The notes beneath the pieces are model-generated. The model was not told the DNA's origin. It saw only the letters and a list, made by a program, of their open reading frames with translations, and made no database searches. 63,451 nt of DNA from an uncultured Acholeplasmataceae bacterium. GTDB lineage: Bacteria > Bacillota_I > Bacilli_A > RF39 > UBA660. The DNA lies in NCBI GenBank assembly GCA_905203475.1, contig CAJKWD010000003.1:1-63451 (forward strand), in the 5' to 3' direction. This document shows positions 56,443 through 63,451 of this stretch, in pieces. A program made the position numbers and the translations under genes. The stretch's first letter is position 1, and every line of letters starts with the position of its first letter.

Positions 56443-58338
56443 TTGCCTGTGGGCTTTTTCGATAATATAAGAAAGTTTAAACATCAGCTCGATCATGTAG
56501 AATCAACAGTATATTCCGGCAAGCAGTCTTTGCTTGAAGTGTATGAAATTAATGCAAAACTGGAAGCAGAAATAGAATTAAGAACAAGAGAGCTTGATAG
56601 AGCTAATAGACAGATGCTTACTCTTCAGCATATATGGGATATGATGAATTCTTCAAAGCCTCTATCCAGTGTATTAAATGCAATAGTTAATAGTCTTCAG
56701 GGGGAATTGGGGTATTTATACAGCTTTATTGTAAAAGAAAAAGCTGATAATAATGGTAAATATTTGCAGATTGTTGCATCTTCACGCGACGATTTAGATA
56801 TTAAGTTTTCTGAAAAGTTTAAGTGTAATGTTTCTGATTTTCGCATGAATTTTCCCGAAATTAATGAAATTAAAAATGCAGTAAAAAATAATCAAATATA
56901 TCAGTCTACAAATCTTTCAGAGCTGGTATGCGGCTTTATCCCGGAGCTTGATACAAATAAAGTTGAAGAATTTTTAAGAGAAGCTAAGATGAAATCATAT
57001 ATTTTAGTCCCTCTAATGTCAAAACAAACTCACTTTGGTTCGCTGCTTGTTTTTTCTTCAAGAGAAACTGTTAGTGGAAGTGAATTGAATTTCTTAAGTT
57101 TATTTGCAAAGCAGATTGAGCTTGCAATAACCATTGCAGATTTGTTTCAAGCTGTTAAAGAACAAGCCATTACTGATGGGATGACAGGACTTTATAATAG
57201 ACGATATTTTGAAGAATTTATAAAAAAAGAAGCTGTACGTGCAGACAGACAAGGGCAAAAATTTACAGTAATCGGGCTTGATTTAGACCATCTAAAACAG
57301 ATTAATGATGCATACGGGCATAATTATGGCGACATAGCAATAAAAGCTATAGCTGAAGTTCTTAAAAATAATGCAAGGTCAATTGATATTGCTGCAAGAA
57401 TGGGGGGAGAAGAATTTAACCTCCTGTTACCAGGGGTAGATTCTGCTGGCGGTTGTATTGCTGCTGAACGTATAAGAAAGGCTATAGAAGCGGTAGAATT
57501 AGAGAAAATCGGCAGAATAACGGCAAGCTTAGGTGTTGCAACTTACCTAGAGCATTCTGAAGACATAGAAGAACTGCTTGAAATTACTGATAGGGCAATG
57601 TATGAATCAAAGCGCAACGGCAGAAACCGTGTAACAATTGCAAGACCCGCATATGAAACATCCTGGCAGGAGATTGCAGTAAATACATTTATCGATATTT
57701 TATCAAAACATAGGATACCTGTAGATGATTCAACATCCAGACTTTTGACCAAAAAGCTTCAAGAGATGAATATCAATAATGAAAAGCTTTATCAAGTAGC
57801 AGATGCGCTTGTTGCAACATATAATCCAGAGCATATTGAAGGAGGCGTTAAACAAAAGGTTGATTTGGCTGCGCTTCTAGCAAAACGTTTTGATTTATCT
57901 AAAGATGCAATTGATAGGCTTAAAGTAGCAGTATTGCTTTATGATATAGGTAATACAATGCTGCCAAAAGAGATATTGAGAAAAAAAGAACCTTTAAATG
58001 ACGATGATAAAGCTTCTATAAAACAGCATCCATTAATAGCAGCTCGTGAAATTTTAAAGCCAATATCAAATGTAACAGATGTTCTACCGATTATAGAAAA
58101 ACATCATGAAAACTGGAATGGAACTGGCTATCCTGCAAAAATTTCAGGAGAGGCAATTCCTATTGAATCACAAATAATTTTAATAGTAGATTCTTATTTT
58201 GCCCTATTAGAGAAAAGACCATATAGAGAGGCTATGTCGAAAGAAGAGGCTCTTAATATTATTGAGCAGGAAATTAACCAGAAATGGAGTCAGAAGCTTG
58301 CGCAGGAGTTTATTGGCATTGTTAAGAATGAGGAATAG
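56443..58338 (+). CDS. GAF-GGDEF-HD-GYP multidomain c-di-GMP protein
   Basis: Coiled-coil and GAF-like N-terminus. GGDEF domain with RSID I-site, 5-residue linker and GGEEF. C-terminal HHENWNGTGYP. TTG start; the exact start is uncertain. Confidence 0.85.
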   Translation: MPVGFFDNIRKFKHQLDHVESTVYSGKQSLLEVYEINAKLEAEIELRTRELDRANRQMLTLQHIWDMMNSSKPLSSVLNAIVNSLQGELGYLYSFIVKEKADNNGKYLQIVASSRDDLDIKFSEKFKCNVSDFRMNFPEINEIKNAVKNNQIYQSTNLSELVCGFIPELDTNKVEEFLREAKMKSYILVPLMSKQTHFGSLLVFSSRETVSGSELNFLSLFAKQIELAITIADLFQAVKEQAITDGMTGLYNRRYFEEFIKKEAVRADRQGQKFTVIGLDLDHLKQINDAYGHNYGDIAIKAIAEVLKNNARSIDIAARMGGEEFNLLLPGVDSAGGCIAAERIRKAIEAVELEKIGRITASLGVATYLEHSEDIEELLEITDRAMYESKRNGRNRVTIARPAYETSWQEIAVNTFIDILSKHRIPVDDSTSRLLTKKLQEMNINNEKLYQVADALVATYNPEHIEGGVKQKVDLAALLAKRFDLSKDAIDRLKVAVLLYDIGNTMLPKEILRKKEPLNDDDKASIKQHPLIAAREILKPISNVTDVLPIIEKHHENWNGTGYPAKISGEAIPIESQIILIVDSYFALLEKRPYREAMSKEEALNIIEQEINQKWSQKLAQEFIGIVKNEE

Positions 58339-58344
58339 GTATTA

Positions 58345-58857
58345 ATGATTGAGCTTCTAATTTTATTTGAGTTGAGCAAGAAAGTGTTAACAATGTATGG
58401 TGTTTCAAAAGAAATCAGAAATACATTCTCTGTTTTAACAACCCCTAGTTATGGAACCATAAAACCCGCTTTAACGCGGTTAGAAACCTCTGGCTTTGTC
58501 AAAACTCAAAAAACAATGTCTAAAGGCGGAAGACCATCTGTTTATTATTCTATTACACCATCAGGTATAGATGAGCTCAAACGCCTTTTAACTGCACCTC
58601 CAGGGGAAAATCCTATCCAGTTTTTGACATCTGCTAGAATAAAACTTGCGTGCGCAGATGTTCTTGATAATATACAACAGCTAGCTTTATTTAGCCAATT
58701 AAAGAAGAAGGCAGAAAGTATACTAATAGATACAAAAAATCTTGTTTCATCTAAAGATTTGTCGTATTTTCCGAGTATGGTATTTGATAACCTGATTTGT
58801 GAGTACAGGAACTTCATATCACTTCTGGAGGGATTTGAACATGCCGGCCGTAGTTAG
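58345..58857 (+). CDS. PadR-like winged-helix transcriptional regulator
   Basis: N-terminal wHTH pattern (YG..K.I.......S.G.I.P.L..LE..G.V) and a helical C-terminal domain. Confidence 0.5.
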   Translation: MIELLILFELSKKVLTMYGVSKEIRNTFSVLTTPSYGTIKPALTRLETSGFVKTQKTMSKGGRPSVYYSITPSGIDELKRLLTAPPGENPIQFLTSARIKLACADVLDNIQQLALFSQLKKKAESILIDTKNLVSSKDLSYFPSMVFDNLICEYRNFISLLEGFEHAGRS

Positions 58858-60109
58858 CAGCGTAGTGCAGGGCTCAATAGCAGATGAACTAGCAATTGAA
58901 GAAGGCGATATTTTGCTCTCAATTGATGGTGAAAAACTGCTGGATATGATTGATTACAGGTTTTTGTGTAAAAATGAGTTTATAACTATTGAAATCCAGA
59001 AAAAAAATGGCGAAATTGAAGAAATAGAGCTTGAAAAAGACTTTGATGAAGATTTAGGAATAGTTTTCGAAAGTGCTGTTTTTGATAGAGTTAAACCGTG
59101 TTTAAATAACTGTATATTCTGTTTCGTCGCACAGCAGCCAAAAGGGCTTAGAAAGACTCTTTATATTAAGGATGATGATTATAGACTCTCTTATCTGCAA
59201 GGTACGTATATAACTACAACCAATTTAAGTGAAAGTGATAAAGAAAGAATTTCCAGGTTACATTTAGGTCCGTTCTATGTATCTGTACATACAACAAATC
59301 CTGATTTGCGTGTAAAAATGCTGAGAAATCTAAATGCCGGTAAAATTATGGATAATCTTAGATGGTTTAAAGAGAACGAAATTCCCTTCCATACGCAAAT
59401 CGTTTTGTGCCCCGGATATAATGACGGTAAGGAGTTAAGACGTACTCTGGAAGATTTGTCTTCTTTAGGAGAAGCTGTTCTTTCTATTGCTATTGTGCCG
59501 GTAGGGGTAACACAATTTAGACAATCAGAACTCAAAACTGTAAATGCGGTTATAGCAAGAGAAACTATTGAGATAGCCTCAAATTATCCAAAGGCCTGCT
59601 GTTCTGATGAATTTTTTCTATTAGCCGGCCAAGATATACCTTCTGCAGATTACTATGGTAATTTTTCACAGCTGGATGATGGAGTAGGTTCTTTGCGAAC
59701 ATTAATGGATGATTTTGATACTTTTGAACTTCCTGACAGACTAGGGAAAAAGTTATCAATAGCTTTTGCTTGTTCTGTTGCTGCAGAGTCAGCTTTTAAA
59801 TATATTTCATCAAAACTAAATAAAATTAAAAATCTGCACACCTCTGTGCATCCTGTGAAATCAACATATTGGGGTAAAAACATTACAGTTGCAGGACTTA
59901 TTACATCAGAAGATTTAATTAATGCTATCATAAATATTAATGCAGATTATATTATAGTACCATCTATCATGTTGAAGCCTTATTCTGACTTATTTTTGGA
60001 TGGAAATTCGCTGGATTATGTGATTGAAAAGACCGGAAAGAACATATTTGTTGCCGAAAATAATTATTCTCTTTGCGAAGTTATAGATTTGATAAATGAG
60101 TATGTGTAA
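58841..60109 (+). CDS. PDZ plus DUF512-like (radical-SAM-related) protein
   Basis: N-terminal PDZ-like segment (GSIADELAIEEGDILLSIDG), Cys cluster CLNNCIFCF, conserved C-terminal region. The ATG at 58841 follows GGAGGG. Confidence 0.6.
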   Translation: MPAVVSSVVQGSIADELAIEEGDILLSIDGEKLLDMIDYRFLCKNEFITIEIQKKNGEIEEIELEKDFDEDLGIVFESAVFDRVKPCLNNCIFCFVAQQPKGLRKTLYIKDDDYRLSYLQGTYITTTNLSESDKERISRLHLGPFYVSVHTTNPDLRVKMLRNLNAGKIMDNLRWFKENEIPFHTQIVLCPGYNDGKELRRTLEDLSSLGEAVLSIAIVPVGVTQFRQSELKTVNAVIARETIEIASNYPKACCSDEFFLLAGQDIPSADYYGNFSQLDDGVGSLRTLMDDFDTFELPDRLGKKLSIAFACSVAAESAFKYISSKLNKIKNLHTSVHPVKSTYWGKNITVAGLITSEDLINAIININADYIIVPSIMLKPYSDLFLDGNSLDYVIEKTGKNIFVAENNYSLCEVIDLINEYV

Positions 60110-60214
60110 TAAATATCAGTAAGACGGGTAATATACTATGAATTAGGTGTATTATTTAATAGAGTCGTGGGGGACAATTATATAATACATACTACCCCGA
60201 TAGGAGGATTAATA

Positions 60215-60901
60215 ATGAGTACAGCAGTAAGCGCAGAGAAGAAGACTATTAGTGTTATCATAATAGAGGATTTCAAGCTCACCCGTGTTGGTTTACGGTG
60301 TGCACTTAACTCTAATGAGGATATTAAAGTTGTTGCAGAAAGTGATAATGCATTAGACGGTTTGAAATTAATAGAACAATACACTCCTGACATAGTTCTG
60401 ATGGACTTAGGGCTTGCCGGCATGAATGGGATAGAAGCTACTGTAAAAGTGAAAGAAATGAATAAAGAAATTAAAGTTATAGCTTTGACTTCACATGACA
60501 GAGAAGAAGAAGTTATTGCAGCTCTTTCTTCCGGTGCAATGGCATACTGCCTCAAAGATATTGATCCATCAAAATTAGCAGACGTTATTCGTGATGTTAA
60601 CAACGGAGTATGCTGGCTAGATCCTGTAATTGCCAGAAAGGTTCTTGACTCATTCCCTAAGCAGGAAACTATAGGCATTTTGAAAGATAAAGCTGCTGAA
60701 GAAGGCAGAGTCCCTCTTACAGAAAGAGAATTTGAAGTACTAAAGCATCTCGTAGATGGCAAAAGCAACACCGAAATTGCTAAAGAATTAATAGTAAGCG
60801 TGCATACTGCAAAAGCTCATGTTTGTTCTATTCTCCAGAAAATGTGTGTAAATGACCGTGTTCAAGCCGCCGTTAAAGCTGTAAAAGAAGGACTTGTGTA
60901 A
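60215..60901 (+). CDS. NarL/LuxR-family response regulator (no adjacent kinase)
   Basis: Receiver domain (IIIED, LMDLGL, T, K) plus C-terminal LuxR HTH (LTEREFEVL..L..G.SN.EIA..L..S..T.K.H). Confidence 0.88.
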   Translation: MSTAVSAEKKTISVIIIEDFKLTRVGLRCALNSNEDIKVVAESDNALDGLKLIEQYTPDIVLMDLGLAGMNGIEATVKVKEMNKEIKVIALTSHDREEEVIAALSSGAMAYCLKDIDPSKLADVIRDVNNGVCWLDPVIARKVLDSFPKQETIGILKDKAAEEGRVPLTEREFEVLKHLVDGKSNTEIAKELIVSVHTAKAHVCSILQKMCVNDRVQAAVKAVKEGLV

Positions 60902-60930
60902 TTATTAACAATTTATTGAAAATTGGTTAT

Positions 60931-60958
60931 CAAGGCAGTTATATAACTGCCTTGTTTT
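60931..60958 (+). terminator. Rho-independent terminator
   Basis: Perfect palindrome CAAGGCAGTTATATAACTGCCTTG followed by TTTT. Confidence 0.75.
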
Positions 60959-61009
60959 GTAATAAGTATATTTATGATAGTATTTTAATAAGTGATGAGG
61001 GTTTAAAAT

Positions 61010-61762
61010 TTGTCAATAAAAATAGCTGTTACAGGAAAAAGCGGAAGCGGAAAAACTACTATAACTAAAGCTTTATTAGAAATTTTGCAGGATAAATTCC
61101 CAGAAAAATCAATTTTACTATTTGATAACGATTTATCCAGTGAGTTAGCGCACTCATTCGGTTTAGATATCCGTAATACAATCTATGGCATACGCAGCGG
61201 TAAGCATGAGTATAAAACGGGGATTCCTGAAGGAATGACAAAACACGAATATGTAGAATGGGCTATGGAGGATATTATTGTTTCTTTAAATGATAATGTC
61301 GATATTATAGTGTCCTGGTTTGTAGGCGCAAAAGATTGCAGATGCCCTATTACATCACAAATAAATGATGCCTGCCAACGTTTGATAGAAAGATATGATT
61401 TTGTTATTTTTGATTGTGAATTTGACTTAAAATATCTAAGTCAGCTCGTGGATACAGATATTAATCTAGCTTTAATTGTAACTAATCCGTCAATTGATTC
61501 CATACACCTTGCCAAAAGAATATCTGAATTTTCTGCAAAATATGCTGCTGGCGGACAGCTGGGTATTGTTGTTAATAAGGTAAAAAATGAAGATATGAAT
61601 ATAATTGCGGAGCAGCTAGCAGAGGCGGAAATTGATATACTTGGGTCAATTCCTTTTGATGAAAGTCTGGCAAGTGGTAAATTAGATAGGAAATCTAAGT
61701 TGGTAAGTGATGCTGTTGAACAATTCTATTTTAGACTGAATTTGCCGCAGGAGAATAATTGA
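61010..61762 (+). CDS. ParA/MinD/CooC-like P-loop ATPase
   Basis: N-terminal IAVTGKSGSGKTT Walker A and a later hydrophobic-D Walker B (FVIFDCE). TTG start. 4-nt ATGA overlap with folD. Confidence 0.65.
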   Translation: MSIKIAVTGKSGSGKTTITKALLEILQDKFPEKSILLFDNDLSSELAHSFGLDIRNTIYGIRSGKHEYKTGIPEGMTKHEYVEWAMEDIIVSLNDNVDIIVSWFVGAKDCRCPITSQINDACQRLIERYDFVIFDCEFDLKYLSQLVDTDINLALIVTNPSIDSIHLAKRISEFSAKYAAGGQLGIVVNKVKNEDMNIIAEQLAEAEIDILGSIPFDESLASGKLDRKSKLVSDAVEQFYFRLNLPQENN

Positions 61763-62586
61763 TGATTCTTGATGGAAAAGCTGTATCAAAAAAAATACTG
61801 GACAATCTTAAAGTAAAGGTGGGTAACTTATCCAAACAGCCTCATCTGGTGGTTATTCTTGTTGGAAATAATCCTGCCAGCCAAATTTATGTAAAAAATA
61901 AAAAACTTGCAGCAGAAAATATAGGGATAAAATCTACTATTATAGAATTAGATTCTCAGATAAAAGAAACAGAGCTCCTTAATAAGATAGAACAATTGAA
62001 TAATGATTCCGATGTTACCGGTATTTTAGTTCAACTTCCTTTACCTGTTCATATTGATAAAAATAAGATTGTTACGGCTATTTCACCTAAAAAAGATGTA
62101 GATGGATTTACTCCGGAGAATGTTGGCAGACTAGCGATAGGTCTTGAGCCATATTTTTATCCGGCAACGCCTCAAGGTATTATAATGCTGCTTGATGAGT
62201 ACAATATTCCTATTGAAGGTGCTGATACTGTAATTATTGGGCGTTCAAATATTGTAGGTAAACCTATGGCGCAAATGCTTTTAAGAAGAAATGCCACTGT
62301 AACTATATGCCATTCTTATACTAAGAACATTGAAAGCAAAATAAAAACCGCCGATATAATTATATCTGCGGTTGGTAAAAAGATTGTAAGATGTAAGATG
62401 GTTAATAATAATTCTGTAATTGTTGACGTTGGAATCTTTAGGGATTCGAACGGCAAATTAACCGGTGATGTAGATTTTGATTTTGTATCACCTTCAGTGA
62501 AATATATTTCACCTGTACCTGGAGGGGTAGGCCCAATGACCATAGCCTCTTTGATGTATAATGCCTCCAAAGTATATGACAGGTAA
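61759..62586 (+). CDS. folD: Bifunctional methylenetetrahydrofolate dehydrogenase/cyclohydrolase
   Basis: ILDGK..., ..VG.NPAS..YV..K, GILVQLPLP, VIGRS.IVGKP, PVPGGVGPMT. Confidence 0.93.
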   Translation: MMILDGKAVSKKILDNLKVKVGNLSKQPHLVVILVGNNPASQIYVKNKKLAAENIGIKSTIIELDSQIKETELLNKIEQLNNDSDVTGILVQLPLPVHIDKNKIVTAISPKKDVDGFTPENVGRLAIGLEPYFYPATPQGIIMLLDEYNIPIEGADTVIIGRSNIVGKPMAQMLLRRNATVTICHSYTKNIESKIKTADIIISAVGKKIVRCKMVNNNSVIVDVGIFRDSNGKLTGDVDFDFVSPSVKYISPVPGGVGPMTIASLMYNASKVYDR

Positions 62587-62595
62587 TGCTTATTA

Positions 62596-63027
62596 CTATG
62601 ATTGCAGTAAGCCGGTGTCTTGGGCTGCACTTGTAGTCGCAGTCTTTTGACCTTCTTTCTGTGCACGTAACTGTTCTAACATAGATTCGTACATAGTCTG
62701 CATTGTGTCATATTCAACATCCATTTCTGCGAGTTCTAAAGAGAGCTCTTCATTATATTGTTTAACCTTAGCATGTGCATAAGCATCGGCTATCATTTCA
62801 TTTTTGTTGCCTTCAGCGACCCTTACGCCACCAACATTTAATTCTTTTGTATTATCAATGGCAGAGTCAAAAGCACTTTCCCATTTTTCTTCGTACTTAA
62901 CTTGTTTTTCAAGTTTAGCGCTATTTGCTTCATACTTACCACTCCAGAAAATTTGTTGCTGAGTGTAGTAATTAATGTCTGCATTAGTATTTAATAATGT
63001 TCCTAATAAAGCTGCTGTGTTTGCCAT
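62596..63027 (-). CDS. Helical hypothetical protein, divergent from the flagellin gene
   Basis: 143-aa ORF with AAAGGTATAGAAAG upstream on the minus strand. Predicted all-alpha, Q/E/A-rich. Confidence 0.5.
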   Translation of the reverse strand: MANTAALLGTLLNTNADINYYTQQQIFWSGKYEANSAKLEKQVKYEEKWESAFDSAIDNTKELNVGGVRVAEGNKNEMIADAYAHAKVKQYNEELSLELAEMDVEYDTMQTMYESMLEQLRAQKEGQKTATTSAAQDTGLLQS

Positions 63028-63269
63028 CTTTCTATACCTTTTTTATCTTACATATATATTAAGTATTTCAAAAATATCTAATTTCACAAAGGTATTTATT
63101 TGTTACAAAACTTAACATAGAAAAATTGTTTTGCGAATTAATGTAAACTTTTGTATATCATACATTGTAGTGTTAATAAATGTGATATATAATGTAGATA
63201 TGATATGTAGTGTCGCTAAAGATAATAAAAAGTGGCTAAAACCCTCTTGTAGTGCTGGATTGAGCTGTA

Positions 63270-63281
63270 GGGGGGGGGGGG
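63270..63281 (+). repeat. Homopolymeric G12 tract
   Basis: Twelve consecutive G read directly, 46 nt upstream of the flagellin ATG in otherwise AT-rich DNA. Confidence 0.95.
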
Positions 63282-63326
63282 CAGTAATAAGGCTATAACT
63301 GGTATTTTAAATACAGGGGGTATATA

Positions 63327-63451
63327 ATGATTACCCTAACCAGTGATGTAGCAGATTTAATTTTACAGCGTACATTAGGCGAAAATAGCCTAGGTCTGAA
63401 TAACTCAATCAACCGTATGACAACAGGTTACAAAGTTAATCAGGCAAAGGA
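63327..63451 (+). CDS. Flagellin-like protein, N-terminal fragment (3'-truncated by window edge)
   Basis: L..S..RM.TGY.VN.AKD matches the conserved flagellin N-terminal helix (L..S.ERLSSG.RIN.A.DD). GGGGG RBS 8 nt upstream. Confidence 0.6.
   Translation, partial: MITLTSDVADLILQRTLGENSLGLNNSINRMTTGYKVNQAK

Noticed and set aside
60178-60771. 197-aa minus-strand ORF
   Set aside because: It lies entirely antisense to the well-supported NarL-type response regulator gene. It has a Ser/Leu-rich shadow-ORF composition, and no RBS or motif.
62316-62666. 116-aa minus-strand ORF
   Set aside because: It is antisense to the conserved 3' part of folD and overlaps the better-supported 62596-63027 gene in another frame.
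1-63451. Search for CRISPR arrays, IS elements/transposases, integrases, prophage blocks, and retron, DGR or toxin-antitoxin signatures
   Set aside because: No regularly spaced short repeats, no DDE or tyrosine/serine recombinase motifs, and no reverse-transcriptase motifs were recognised in any of the listed ORFs. The only repeat structures seen are those reported above (the 41-bp direct repeat, the 390-bp intragenic duplication, the paralog blocks and the G12 tract).

Overview
The window appears to hold two different genomic contexts.

**Positions 1 to about 52,600.** This part is very AT-rich and almost entirely plus-strand coding, and looks like a typical low-GC Bacillota chromosome (Erysipelotrichia/Clostridia-like; inference only).
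- Housekeeping genes: rsmE, mtaB, rarA, gpmA, fhs, uppP.
- A Fur/PerR-rubrerythrin-superoxide reductase oxidative-stress operon.
- Several ABC exporters with their own regulators (an OmpR/HK pair, a GntR-type regulator, a TetR-type regulator).
- A CopA P-type ATPase and a Y-family polymerase/YolD pair.
- A GH25 muramidase with cell-wall-binding repeats.
- tRNA-Met.

**Main finding (about 9.7 to 14.2 kb).** This is a compact, strongly promoted locus with three components:
- four paralogous ~170-aa secreted proteins carrying a TasA/camelysin-like core motif;
- a protein that fuses a domain of about 8 TM helices to an ER/archaeal (SipW-type) signal peptidase;
- a two-TM partner protein.

I interpret it as an uncharacterised surface-fibre or pilus-like assembly system.

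**Positions about 52,600 to the end.** Base composition, codon choice and gene content change abruptly here. This part contains:
- a TPR protein, nadB-nadC, and a tRNA-Arg without encoded CCA;
- a GAF-GGDEF-(degenerate) HD-GYP protein, a PadR-like regulator and a DUF512-like protein;
- a NarL-type response regulator and a ParA/CooC-like ATPase coupled to folD;
- a divergent flagellin 5' end preceded by a G12 homopolymer inside a putative promoter spacer.

The discontinuity could be an assembly or binning join, or a foreign island.

**Other observations.**
- 41-bp direct repeats bracket a reverse-oriented UDG-superfamily gene.
- A 390-bp near-perfect intragenic duplication lies in the muramidase gene.
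- No CRISPR array, transposase or integrase was recognised.

All family assignments come from motif recognition by eye. No searches were run.
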